Positions 11,370 to 24,200 of a stretch of DNA of 64,000 nucleotides are shown here, piece by piece. The stretch is from Psammoneis japonica (taxonomy: Eukaryota): positions 620,001 through 684,000 of the forward strand of contig QPGO01000011.1 in NCBI GenBank assembly GCA_008632985.1. The letters run 5' to 3'. The first letter of the stretch is position 1, and every line of letters starts with the position of its first letter. The notes beneath the pieces are model-generated. The model saw nothing but the letters and a program-made list of their open reading frames with translations. It ran no database searches and was not told the DNA's origin. Position numbers and translations under genes: made by a program.

Positions 11370-12130
11370 AAGGATTCGGCAGATGGGTGAGACTAGCTGG
11401 ACTCCAAGAAAGCTTGCGGTTGGTACTGGGCTTTGGGGCAAGGATAGCGGAAGGATAGCTTTCAAGCCAGTCCATTGACTGGCTTACAATACACATTACA
11501 GATTTCCTGTCTACTATCAGCACGCAAGAACGCTACTCCTTTCTTCCATGCAACTCCTTCCTTCCATTCAATTCACGGGCACTTTTTGCCTGGGGATCGA
11601 GCTTTGTTGTTGGTGCTTTGCAACACTTCCTATGTCGCGGTTTCCAATCTGACAGTCTGCGGGATTCATGCGCCACCTTGGACCTGGTGCGCATTTCTTG
11701 AATTTTGGTTCCATTCGTGGCTCAATTTCGCTACAACTCAAGTACACATCACCTTAGACTACCTGTACATCATATGACGGTGCCGTCATCTTGTTTCCTA
11801 ATATTCTCAGAAACTTCTTGCAATAGTCCACGAACAACAAACCCACGGCCCATGTTCGTGTGTGATCTCGTGAATGTAGTTCTTATTGGCATCTCCCATC
11901 ATTTGGTGACGAAAGCGTTCGTCTCGATGAGCAGATCTGCTGCAGACGCGGGCAAGGACTTGCTGTGGATAAAGTCAAGACTTCGACCAGTTGATGGATC
12001 CACAGCTTACATGAGTGATTCGAAAACCACATTTGTTTTGCCACGGAAACTCATGTCTCGTGTTCTGCATGGAAGCTGCAGGATCTTGTTGTGAATGGAA
12101 AACAATGGCATCACTCAACTTGGACTCTGC
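11370..12130 (-). pseudogene. Decayed MYND-finger gene (paralogue of 30080-30730)
   Basis: Frameshifted fragments LSCSEIEPRMEPKFKKCA...DCQ...SDWKPRHRKCCKA; aligns by eye to 30080-30730. Confidence 0.55.
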
Positions 12131-12444
12131 AGTGCGCGATGTGGAGCGTCCAATGCAAAATCCCGCGTTGTGCCACAACTGGATCTCAAGAGGGGCTCGT
12201 ACTAGGGGAGTTGGGTTTACGACAAAAATTAAAGAACAGACGTTGCAAGAGGCAGACTGTGTTTATTGCGTACGAACGAGAAAAGCTTGTTTCGGAGTTG
12301 TCCTTTCGTAGACAGGATGCACTTCGTTTTGCCTTACCCTCTTTGAGTGCAGTTGAATGCTAATGCGGACACCAGGGTGCGATCGTCAATGATCTATCTA
12401 CAAAGAAAAAGCCCTACAAATAATCGACTTGATTGCATCTTCAT

Positions 12445-13776
12445 CTAGACGAACAGTCCGCGCGTGCACGTTGCTAAAAACAACTGAACCAGTGTGGCCA
12501 TGGGAAAGCCCGCAATACTCCAGTCACGAACTACCGCTGATGAGGTTTGTTCTGGTGAGGTTTGTAGGGCGTCCCCTGGCTCTGCAAAGTTCATTTCGCT
12601 GCAAGTCTTGAAGGCACTCAGGCACAACCGTACTTCCCTGCCATCACTTATTCGACAAATGTTTAGATATGGAAGTGTTTCAAACGAATCCGCGCACCAA
12701 TTACCGACTTCCTCACTAAAGTCCATAAGGCCGTTGGCGCAAACGGTCGACTTGTAGGTTTCGTGGGTAGTGTTGATCTTAACGGAATGAGTCAAATCTA
12801 GGTAACCTACACCATCTGGACAGGTCGGAGGGTTTGAAATGTGAAGCGCGCAGTCTAAGCTTCTGGACGAAGATATTGCAACAAACGATCCGCATTCGTG
12901 ACAATACTGGACCGATTCATCCCGCTCACCGGTAGTTTCTTCATAATAATCCACAACTGATTGGACCTGTCCGATCCAATAGGTTCCTTCAACCTCAGCT
13001 TCATTTTCGAACAATGTGGTGGGCGAACCGTTAATACATCCGTATGTGAAACTGGACAAATGAGTAGCATTGATGCAGCGAGATTCTTCAATGCCCGCGT
13101 CCGTGTCTTCTCCGATCTCCTCACACAAGCTCTCAAAGAATGCTTGATGGGGAGGGGGTGGAGTGGGCGATGGCACATTCATAAGTCCCAATTCGTCGCA
13201 GGATGTGGCGTTGGATGAGCATACAGAAACGTAGCCCCCCGCGGCATCGACACAGATCTTGGCAAATGGAAAGTCATCGCCGTACTCGCTTGTACAAACA
13301 AGATCTTGCTGGGAAACGCTGACAAGACTTCCGTTCTCGCACAAGAATTGACCTGTTGATACTGCTGTTCCATTTTCGCTGACGTCGAGAATTTCTGCGT
13401 AAAGACCTTGAAAACTTGTAGGACAAAGGGGCGGGTCGTTGTTGGCTACTAGCGCCTCACAATTCACACTACTTGTGCTATCGCCATCAGATATTCCCAC
13501 GAGAAAAGCACCGCAGTCGTGGCACAGTTTGATCCCTTCGTTACCCGCCCAGTCGCTCACAGCCAGAGTAGCTTCTTGGGTTACATTTGCGTTGGTGCGC
13601 TTCTCTCGAATCACTTGAGTTCCAGAATTCGTGCAACGAGTGGTTTCTGACCTTATAATTGGAAAATCTGCGGCCTCCACGAATACTTGGTGACTCTGCG
13701 AAGCAATGTATGTGGCGCAAAAAAGATGCAATGATACAAACAATTGCGGTTGTCGATTGTACAGGTGGCCCATCAT
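12445..13776 (-). CDS. Secreted or surface Cys-rich protein with an internal two-fold repeat and possible GPI signal
   Basis: Hydrophobic N-terminus; duplicated module (CHDCGAFL...NCEALVANNDPPLCP / CHECGSFV...DCALHISNPPTCP) separated by a Pro linker; C-terminal SSA plus hydrophobic tail. Confidence 0.75.
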   Translation of the reverse strand: MMGHLYNRQPQLFVSLHLFCATYIASQSHQVFVEAADFPIIRSETTRCTNSGTQVIREKRTNANVTQEATLAVSDWAGNEGIKLCHDCGAFLVGISDGDSTSSVNCEALVANNDPPLCPTSFQGLYAEILDVSENGTAVSTGQFLCENGSLVSVSQQDLVCTSEYGDDFPFAKICVDAAGGYVSVCSSNATSCDELGLMNVPSPTPPPPHQAFFESLCEEIGEDTDAGIEESRCINATHLSSFTYGCINGSPTTLFENEAEVEGTYWIGQVQSVVDYYEETTGERDESVQYCHECGSFVAISSSRSLDCALHISNPPTCPDGVGYLDLTHSVKINTTHETYKSTVCANGLMDFSEEVGNWCADSFETLPYLNICRISDGREVRLCLSAFKTCSEMNFAEPGDALQTSPEQTSSAVVRDWSIAGFPMATLVQLFLATCTRGLFV

Positions 13777-13949
13777 CGTAGTGATTTTGGGGTTGTGCTC
13801 GCCGCCGAAGGCCGAAGTGAAGGTCCTGATTCCAGATGTGCTTTCTAATCTCTTTCTTACTTGGCTTTGATGCGGCAAGGATTTCCTTGCGAAGGTGAAA
13901 TGACCCTCCGACCGTTAGAGTCATTCCAACCGCCAAAAACAATCCCTTT

Positions 13950-15730
13950 TAGGACGACGGCCCTCCTCTCTGTCTGCAGATTGCTGCGATGCCAAGCGCA
14001 CCACCAAAGACACCATCAACACATCGGCCTCCACGACTGTCTCCCCGGGTCCCCTCAACACAACTGATGCTGCTGATGACCCCTCGCCCCTTTGCAACTT
14101 TTTTCCAGTGACTTTTTGCACACAACTTCAATCCCCCCCACCTGCAGAAACTCTCCTGGCGTCTGTGGATCCCACCACCTGAAGCAGCTTCCTTTGTGAC
14201 CTTGGCACTGTGCAACACCCTGTCCAACATGGCATTGCCACTTCCCGCACCTCTGCAGCCAATGCCCATTGGGACAAGTGGCGCCAGCCACTTCCGTGCC
14301 TCTTTGGCCCTCGACCCAAAAAATCCCGTCATCTTTCTCCAAGTGCTCTTGCATGGGCACCACACCCCACTGATGAAAGATGCTGCATGATTGCTGTTGA
14401 CTGGCCAAACATTGTGCGCAGCAGCGGGGTCCCCGGACCCGCACCACACACATCCCAAGGCCAAATGGACATTCCAACCCACCAAGTTCATTTTTACAAG
14501 AAAGAGAATCCACTGCCCAACCAAGAAAAACCGACCCCTGCCACATTTCTCTTTTGGGTCATGAGTGTTGCTGCCCACAGCATGAACCAGGGAACTCAAG
14601 CGGTTGCCAGCATGATCATCTTGGCCTTTTTCTTTTTGCTTTGCCCTGGCAAATGATGTGCTGCCCCACCCCATCTCCAATGTGTGACACCCTTCCAACT
14701 CAGGGACGTTTGTTTGACCATGGGTGGCTTTTGCCTTGGTGTGTCTGCCGTGCTGCCGACAAGCAACTCAGGGCAGCTGCCCTTGGCTTCCTCACTTTTG
14801 CCACCCAGAAGAACAGTGTTCATGGGGAAGTTGCAGGCCATGGCCACCCTCAGCTCTGTCTCCAACCCATGCCCCAGTGTGCCACATCGTCAAGCATCTC
14901 CGACTGCACGGCACTTTGCCCACACACCACTGGGTGCACATTTCCACAATGACATCTGGTGCCGGGGGGTTTCACCCACTGACATCACCAGTCTCCTTTG
15001 CAATGCAGTCATTGCCATTGGACCTCCCTCTGCTGACCTCGGTTTCACAACCTTGGGCATTTCTGCTCAGCGCATGTGTCCGGCTCTCAGGCCAGCGGCA
15101 ATCTGACAAAATGCTTCAGCACTTGCACCTTCAAGCTGAGCTCATTGTGCACAGTTTCACACATGACATCATGTTGTCTGGAGGCAACTTCATCTTGCAC
15201 CCTGCCAATGCCAAGGTTCCCATGGCTGCTCCTGTGGAGCCATTGACCACCAACACAGCCCACCAGCCGGGTCCCGCCCGCCCCCAAGCACTGCTTGCCT
15301 TGTAAAAACTGCTTGCACTTTGGGTGGTTCTGGATGGCCCAGCCATCCAGCTTGGGACTGGAAATGAGGCTTGCTCAGCCCCTCTGCAAAACCATCCCGC
15401 TCCAACCAAGACCTGCTCACAAAGTTCGATGAAGGTGAGGCGACCCTCCAACTGTCAGAGTCATTCCAACCCCCCGTCATGTCAAAACAATTTGAACATG
15501 CTTGTGCAAGGCTTTGAACAACAGCCTCACTGGTGCCTTTCTCTCATTCTTCCAAAGAGCATGGCATCAGCAACCAACCAGACAGTTTGGTCACTCCCAC
15601 CTCTCTTGCCCTCTGGCTGGCCTGGCTGTCAAGCGCAGGACTGGTGGGAATGAGGCTCACCCACCAGCAGCCGCTCAGTGAAACCATCCCACTCCAACCA
15701 AGACCTGCTCCAATCACCCCAGGAAATGCA
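13950..15730 (+). mobile_element. Degenerate tyrosine-recombinase (DIRS/Ngaro-like) element remnant; TpA-depleted island B
   Basis: MIILAFFFLLCPGK (cf. AFFFLLRPGEY), LTFATQKNSVHGEVAGHG and DKMLQHLHLQAE (cf. DxMLRYLH) are tyrosine-recombinase motifs. Frameshifted and nearly TA-free. Confidence 0.65.
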
Positions 15731-16100
15731 GGAGTGCGAACGAGAAGGGCGGCGAAAGCCGCTCCCTTCGGACGATTGCCCTCTACTTGCCGGCATCTAC
15801 CAGCAGCTGCTCTACCACTGCACTGTACACTGTACGGTGCTTAAAGTACTGTAGAGTGGCCAAACCTCCGAAGATATCTCGGAAGAGGGCCCTGCGCCAA
15901 AAACCCATAACGCACTGAAAGACAGACCGTTTCAGTAGAAATTCTACGCACCGGTACACAAGATCCAAGATCTTACTCTATTTGACATGGATGAATAAAT
16001 GAGTTCAAAGACGTCCCCCAGCAGGCAGATAGACCATATCATGAAAGAACGATACAAGTGTATGCCATATAAGGCCTAATAATATGAAAAAGATCTCTCT

Positions 16101-19100
16101 ATGCGAGTGTTTTACGTACTTCAGTTAGGGGTCCTACTTCCTCTAGGCTCTCTCTCGGAACGACAACAGTCGTTTGTACCCCGGCGCCGTTTTCTTCAGA
16201 CTTTTGCCGAATGCACGGGCGAAGAAGCTCTCGGAGCATGTACGGCACCAATTGACTTTGCGGCCACGGCACGCAATCCCGAATTTCCGTCCGAGGCACT
16301 GTGCCAAGTCACAACCACGGGACCAAGGGCCGATTTTATCCGATTTATACAAACGAGCTTCTTACCGACCGTAAATCTGCTGGCGAATTTTCGTTGCGAT
16401 GGTCCTGGACTGGAGACCGCTGGTGGAAACGAGGATTGCGTTTCGCCATGTGATACGATGCAAGATCTGGTGGACGTGGTCAACTTGCCATGTGAAAAGG
16501 TTGGTGAGCTGGAAGAAGTATTGGACAGTGTCAAAATATTCGACGAGGCGTTGAGAGAGGCCACACGCTTGCCACTTGTCAAAGTGGTCGCACGAAAGAT
16601 CCGACCAGCCTTACGTCCCTTCATTGAACGCATGGAAGGTGTCGTCAATGCCGGTAATCGACGGTGCGAAGAGATTCAAGAAAAAGCCGATAATTTATTC
16701 CGTGACCTGCGTGGAAATCTCACGGAAGCCCACGAGAACATTCAGTCGTTCAATACATTGGTGACGGCGCGAGTGGACGAAATGTGCGTCGTGGAGAATT
16801 TTTTTGGTGGCGTCAGTGTTTCGGCGAGACGGCAACGTACCCGTACCTTGCGCAAGTTGCGATCGCTCGAAGGCCACTTAAAAGTACAAAGAGAGAATCG
16901 ACGATTCTTGGCCCTGCAAGAAGAAGCGATAGATTTCTCTCCCTTGGTGCAGGCCCAAGCAGAGATGATTCCGATCCTAGACGCTCTCAATGAGTTTGCG
17001 GCTCGTGTGCAATGTCTCTCTGCTTTGGTCAGCACGGCTTTGCAAGGTGCAGTTCAGTTCTTTGACGATCTGTCCCTTTTCATCAACGCTATGAATGGTT
17101 TAGAGCCATTTTCAAAAGCTGTAGCTCGAATTGTTGATGCTCTCTCCTTTCTGCAATGCCCGCGGTTTTTGGGATTCATCTGCAATCTAGATTTTCTCAT
17201 TGTTTCGAGTGAGTGACCGGTCGACCGCCCAGCTCAATTTACATTTGAAACCTACTAACATTTTTTGCTTGTGAAAACAGTTATTGAAGGGATTCTTCGC
17301 GCTGTAGGTATTGACATCGATGAAATCATCAGCGACGTAGTTGAAGGCGTCCTAGAGAAGATTGGATTTCCCGATGCAGGCGACCTTCTAGCTGTGTTGC
17401 CAGAGTTGGATTTTCTTGGTGATATTGATCTCGATGTGGAATTGTTCGATCAATTGAAGGAACTCGTAGCGCCACTGTTCGACTTGGTAACCGACGACCC
17501 TTTAGAAGAAGCCTTTGACGGGTCTGGCGAAGAGGATGTTGAATTCGATGGCGTTTCATTAGAATTTCGTCGCTCGAAGGGCACTCTTGACAGTGTTCAA
17601 CTTAATTGTCCCAACGACGATAGCAACTTAATCCCACTGACGTTGGTGGCGACAGCTACGAACGCGTGTGAACGCCGGGACTTGTCGGGGCAGATCGAAG
17701 TGCCGTGTCAGACAACGTCTGACGGAAGCTGCGACGTGGATTTGCGACCATTTCTACAGATCAGGTGCCAGAAAGATGCTAGGCTTGGCTTTCAAGGCTA
17801 TGGCTTTCGGCCTGGCTCACTGGATGAGTCGTCCGTACTCTATGTCTGCATTCGGCCGGAAGATCTCGGGACGATTCAGGCCATGCCTACTCCAAACCAG
17901 CTGAAAATTACAGGGACAACAACAAGAGCTGCGAAAGAGTTTGTTTGCGCAGAGGGTGCCAGGGTCTTGCCCTTGGGATATTCGTTGCAAACGCGCCGTT
18001 CATCAAGTGGATGCGTCTCGAGTGAAATTGTTACCGGCACTGATTCGCTTAGCCGGGCGTTTGCAGGAGATTGCAGGACGAACGACAGCTCTTGTACTAG
18101 TTTCAGAGCTACACGAGAACAATGTGCCAGGTTTAACTTCCACAGAAAGAGGAGACGGTTGAAAGTAAGCAAATGCACTACCGAATCAAGATCTGATTTC
18201 TACTCCGTCGGGGCAGCTCAATTTCTATGCCTTCAGCCATTCCGAGACTTTGTGGAAGACGCCAGCACGGGCCTTGACATTGATTTTCACTTGGTCAAAC
18301 AGCCCGTGACGTTGAAGACCTACGCTCAGTGCACTTGTCGCAAAGTACGAAATCTTGACTGCACTGGTGCCGATCGATTGACACGTATTTTTGATTACGA
18401 GATTCCAGAGGAACTCGAGTTGCTGCGCATGGTTTGTCCCAGTGACGCGGAGATACGGGTTATTGAGGTCATTAGCGACACCATCCAGGGGTCGACCTTT
18501 ACTGTGACGGGTCAATCGAATGTTACGGCATCATACCAAGAGCTATGCGACGGCAAGAGAATTTGCACCAAAAGGGAAAGGGTCACCCGTGGTTTCCGGC
18601 TGTTACGTTCGACTTACGAATGTATCTGCGCCGCTGGATTCGTCCGCGACCCTGATACAGGCGGGTGCCTGCCATGCCTAGCGGGAACGTTTCGCGAGGA
18701 GGAAATGGATACATGCGAGTACTGTCCCGAAGGAACTTTTTCCGAAGATGGCTCTGCCGAGTGCGCGAATTGTGAAGCCGGTTTCTTTGCAGACCTTCCA
18801 GGTACGGCTGAATGCGCCGCTTGTCCACCGGGCACCTTCGGCAGCGAAGAAGGCTCGGTCACAGTAGATGATTGCACGCTCTGCCCGAAAAACACCTTCA
18901 GTGAAGAAGGCTCTTCCGAATGCGATGAATGTCCATCAGGTCACGTGGCAGATGCCGGAAGTGAAGTTTGTACTGCAGCGCAGCCGGGGCAGTTTGTTTC
19001 ATCAAACGGAGATTTGGAAGACTGTCCACCTGGTTCCTTTTCTAGCGAGGAAGCAGCAACTACGTGTGATTTGTGTCCTGTAGGCACATATAGTCGAATT

Positions 19101-19772
19101 CCAGGATCAACGCAATGTATTGATTGCCCGTGGGGAACCTTTGCTGACAGTACTGGTGGCTCGAGTTGCGACGTCTGTCCAGAAGGCACATACCACAGCG
19201 AGATTGGAGCGACATCTAGTGAGACCTGTACGGTGGTCAGTGAGATTAACTACACGTCACCCGAGTTTTCTAATTTGACATGTGAAGAGTTGTTGGCTGT
19301 TGGCTGGGGTTCCGACGACGCCACCAGCGTACAAATCCTTTTGGACCAAGTTGGCAATGGGATTTGCAATCGAGGACCATGGAATACAGTGAATTGTGGT
19401 TATGACGGTGGTGATTGTTGTCGTGAAACCTGCCAGCTGTTGACAGAGTATACGGATTCGCAATATGAGCCCGAGCTAGGATGCACTTGGTCGACATATG
19501 AATGCATCGACCCATCGAATAGTCAGGAGTTCACGGAAGCGTTTGATCCTCGTGTCGTTGGTCGCTGGTGGACGGATGAGGAAGAAGTATGTCCTGCTGT
19601 CCAAGAACAAACCACAGGTGTTGTCGGTGATGGTGTTTGCGATCCGATTTTGAACACTGCTGAATTCGACTTTGACGGAGGGGATTGCTGTGTAACGACG
19701 TGCACTCCAAACCCCGCCTTTCCCGAGAGCTGCATTTCTGATTGCTACTGTATCAACAGCTCTGTACGATAA
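16101..19772 (+). CDS. Large secreted protein (~1199 aa) with ephrin-receptor-like/GCC2-GCC3 Cys repeats and C-terminal LNR-like repeats; exons 16101-17208 and 17281-19772
   Basis: Phase-1 GT..AG intron 17209-17280 joins the two ORFs in frame. CxxCPxGTF repeats; GNGICNRGPWNTVNCGYDGGDCC and GDGVCDPILNTAEFDFDGGDCC. Confidence 0.85.
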
Positions 19773-20979
19773 ACTTCATTGTTTGTTTACTTGGTCGCTT
19801 CTGCTGTCTATCGTTCTATGTTGCAAGCACCATAGCTGCATGCCTACACGCACAAAGCGAGCGCCACGTGCTGCACATCCAAGTTGCTTTTGTATATTTC
19901 AAAAAGAAGCAACAAACAGTCTCAAACTTCCATTGAGCGGTTCTTCACCAATGCTAGTAGCCGGGCATGTTTGTAGAAGATTGTGATGAAGCCTCAACTT
20001 CCAAATTCAGTTCAGAAAATTTGGATTTTCTGCACCCCACCAAAGACCCCACATCTGAGATCGTCCATTGGACTTTCAACCGAAGGCCCCTCCCATCCGC
20101 ACTTGTTGGATTCAAGTGCTGTTTTAGCTTGTCGGCATGTGCTGACAACTGGCAGAACACATGCATTCACTTTTTTTCATTCTGTTGCTTGTGTTCACAA
20201 TGCTCCTGACCGTGGCTGGGTTTTGCCCCATTGCAATCCATCCTGCCTTTTGGGACACCCCACTTTGCACTTGCCACAGGGCTTGTCAAGACATTCTTGC
20301 TGANNNNNNNNNNGGGGGGGGGGGGGCAAGTTCATGACGGGCCTTGTTGGCAAAGAGCCAACTGCACTTCTTGTTGGCAATGTCAGCACGTCAGCACCAA
20401 TTTTTTCACTGGGTTGCAAAGCAATCCAAGCACATGTCTGGGGACATCCATGATTTGGGTCCTGTTCCTCAAAGCAGTTTTTGCCAATTTCAAAGTGGGT
20501 TTTTGTTGGTCTTGTTGATCACAACATTGCCCTGCTTTCTCAAATCTGGATGCAATGGCAATTGAAAGCTGAAATGTTCCAACTTGAAGATGTGATTTTC
20601 TGTCTCAACAGACAAGAGGGCTCTGTTGTTCACAATTTTTCATTCATTTCCATGTCAAATTCTTTGTGACAGCTGCTGAACATCTTGTGCAGCACTGCAT
20701 GTTGAGCACAAAGAATGATTCCAAAAAAAATTGTTGTCACTTCTTTCAATTTGCAGTTTGCCATTGACGCTCACAGCAAAACAACAAAATGCTGTTTCCA
20801 GGCACCATCCCACCCACTCTGTTTGTGCCATTTTACCAAGTTTGCCAACATGCCATTCTCTTGTCCTTTGTGTGGCTTTAAAAATGATCATGCTGTCTCA
20901 AGTCACATCAGTCATGGACACTGCTTGGCTTCACAGATGCAGTTGGCCATGAGAACAAAGCCTTGTCACTGTCCTGTTT

Positions 20980-21255
20980 TGACAGAAATTGAAGGCAAAT
21001 GGCAAGAATTCAAACAATGACTCCTTGCTGCTTTTTAAACAGCAGATGAGTCTCCGCTCAGAGACCGTTGCAGGAGCCGAAAGACGTGTAAGTCGGCATG
21101 ATCGGGCTACTGTCATCATTCTTGTGAGCCTTGTGGCTCGAAAGCAAACTACATCGCGCGCGAACGCGCGGAACCAAAGCACACAAAACTGTGTGCGGCA
21201 AACTAAACAGCGCGCGATACTTCGCGCGCATCCAAATCCTGTTCAAATCCTGTCA
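20980..21255 (-). repeat. 3' LTR of copia-1
   Basis: Direct repeat of 27803-28078 with 12 substitutions. Confidence 0.97.
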
Positions 21256-24200
21256 CTCCCCAGTTTGCTTGAGGAGCCACAGAAACAGATTCGACTTCGG
21301 ATGGGATGAAGTTCCAGAACATAAGAGGGCGGAGAAGGTCCCAGATTTGGGAGTGACCCCAATGCTTGCTGAGAATGTCAGCAGGATTGCGGGAGCCCTC
21401 GATGAAGTGGAACTCAAGGCAACCAGAGGCAATTGCCTCACGCACACGGTGGAACGATAGTGCGGTGTGTCGCTTGTGTAACTTGGAGTGCGGGATGGTG
21501 GCACTGTCTACAACCGACTTGTTGTCACCGAACATGTAACTAACATTACGGATCGGGACGCCAAGGCAGCGCAGGGTGATGCGCAGGTCGACAATCTGCT
21601 CGACACAATTCCTTGCGGCAACAAATTCAGATCCGTAGGTTGCAGTCTCCACGGTGGCTTGTTTCTTGGAGAACCAATCAGCCGGGAATTTGTTGAGGAA
21701 GTGGAGCATTCCCATGACAGAGCGTCCGGTGAGCATGCAATGGTGCAAGTTTGCATCGACGTAGTGGGTGGCAGTGACGAACTTGCCAAGGGGCGGTGGA
21801 GCGTCCTTCGGGATCATCTCTTCTGCTTCACCACACACGGAATGCATCCATTCATAGGCCGGAGCAGGGAGATCCGAACAGTCGGGCTCTTCCGTACGAA
21901 CGCGGAGAGCACCGTGTCGCATCTTGGAGAGGCACCCACAGACGCGTTTGGCACGATCCAAGTGGCCTTGACGGGGCGCAGCTCGGAAGCTAGAGAGTGA
22001 CATGACAGCCGTGGTAATGTCAATTCGACCAAGGGACACTGCCCATTGGAGTGAACCAACAAGAGACTGGAACTTGTGAATGCCATCGGGTCCCAGTAGT
22101 TCGGAAGTGTCCAGTTCAGGGTGGTCACCCTTCTCTAGAGGTGACAGGGCGTTGGTGGCAGGTTTCTCCCCAAACAATCGGGCGTAGCTGTCGACCATGC
22201 GCTCGATGTACTTGCGCGGAGACAGGCACAAGGTTCCGTCGGGGTCCCGGGAAAAGTCGCAACCCAGATGGAACTCAATGGGTCCCGCACCCTTGAGCTT
22301 GAACTTGCACTTTTCCGTGAGAGTATCGATGAAAGATTGAGGGTCCTTCATGGCAATGGCGAGGTCATCCACATAAACGCCAATGTATTCATAGTGGTCG
22401 CCGTTCCTGCGCATCCAAATGTCGGGTTCGGCGCGGCAGGGGAAGAAGCCTTCAGCTCGCAGGCAGTCGGCGAAGCGCTCGTGCCAGCGGAGACCGGAGC
22501 TGCGAAGTCCATACAGTGCCTTGTGGATGACAAGGATGTGTCCCTCGAGTTTGCCAAATTCGGGTCCAGCTACAATGTAAAGCTTCTCCTTGGTGGTGGC
22601 TTCAAGGCAGGCATTGCCAATGTCGGTGGCCCATGTCTCCAGCTCGTTGAGTTCGGCCAGGAAAATCATCAGCCGAAGGCCACGGAGGGAGACTGCTCCG
22701 GAGTAAACACTGTCGACAGGTACATCCGTGAGGTGCCCGTCGGCTACGAGTCGTGCCTTGTGGCGACCGTCGTGTTTCACGTCGAACACCAGGTGCACTC
22801 GGATCTTCTTGTGTCCCGCAGGAGGAGTGGAAGACTTGAAGGGCCCGCAGTCATGGAAGACTTCGTATTCGTCGAGTTGGTCCATCTCGAGATTAGTTGC
22901 GTCTCCCCACTTGCGGTTGCCGTTGCGTTCGTCTAGTGACATGGCGTGTTTGTAGTTCCGGGGAACTTTGTATCCGTACTTGTAGCGAGGTGCAGTGCGG
23001 AAGGAGCGAAGCTTGGCTTGGTTGGCCATGCGAAATAGCTTCTTTTGGCGCCTCGCGATAGTGCGGAACCGCTTCCAGCCATCCGTGTCGAGGAGTCCGT
23101 TCTCTCGTGCATAGATGGCACAGGTGACGGGGTCGTCCTTGGCGATGATGGCAAGAGGCTCGGACGTGATCTCCCCACTTTCCCATTCAAGCATGATGTT
23201 GTAGCTTGAGCCTTTCCAGGTTGGGTCGTGAGGCTTCAGAGGTCCTTCGTGTGATGCGATGCGTCGAAATTTCCAAATGGTGGTGTCTTCGTCTTCTTGC
23301 TCAATGTGATTCATGATGTCATTGCAAGCAAGGACTTCCTCGTATTCGTCATTGTTGACAGAGCAGACGAACTTAGTGAGCTCGGGATTGCCGTTCACTT
23401 TCCATTCGTGGTCTTCGACGGCCTTGACGATGCGAGCTCTGTGGCGTTGTCCATCCTCTTGTGGCTGCATGAGGAAGGTACGTCCAATGATGTCTTGCGG
23501 ATCGAAAACTGGCATCTTGGGTGTCCTGATCTCCCCATCAGTAGAATCGACGGGGTTGTCGTCATGGCGAGATTTGATGATGGGTTCAGGTGGCTCCCCA
23601 TCAGGAGGATCAAGACGCAGGTTTCGAACGGCAGGATCGGGGCAGCGGAGCGAACGTTGGACCGGGAGGATCTTTTGAGTCTCGTCAGATAGGATCTTGA
23701 AGGTCATCTGGTGGCCGACGTGCTCAGCAATGCCAACAAAGCGTCCACGCAACTCACGGGATTCGGACGGCCAATCGGAGTCATCGAGGTGGAAGTGCAC
23801 TGGTTCCCACCAGTGAAAGCGAAGCAATGGGCTGATGTCCGGGGTGGATCCAGTGAGAGTCTCGAGGGGCGTGCGCCAGTGGAGACGTGGGGACGCTGTG
23901 TGGTTGAGCATGAAGCACACGCACATGAGCGCCAGGAGCCATGTGTGGGCGGGCGAACCAAAACGGTCCATGACAGTGTTCGCCATGCGCTTCACGGTCT
24001 GGTGTCGACGTTCGGCAAAGTTTTGGTGTTGCTGGTGAGGCTCACTTTGCCAGCTGGAGATGAAGAGGGCGCGCAGGATCCCGAGCACTTTGTTGCTGAT
24101 CTCAACTTGAGCACGGTCGCTAATGAGTTTGGATGGTGCACCACGTTCACGGATCTGATCCTCGAGTGTGTTGACAAACTCTTTGTCCGTCTTAGTGCCG

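Noticed and set aside
20303..20328. N run followed by poly-G
   Set aside because: Scaffold gap or low-quality junction, not interpretable.
20980..21255. Ordinary 5mC deamination as the sole cause of TG/CA richness
   Set aside because: CpGs are identical in both copia-1 LTRs while TpAs changed. CpG decay contributes only in the older repeats.
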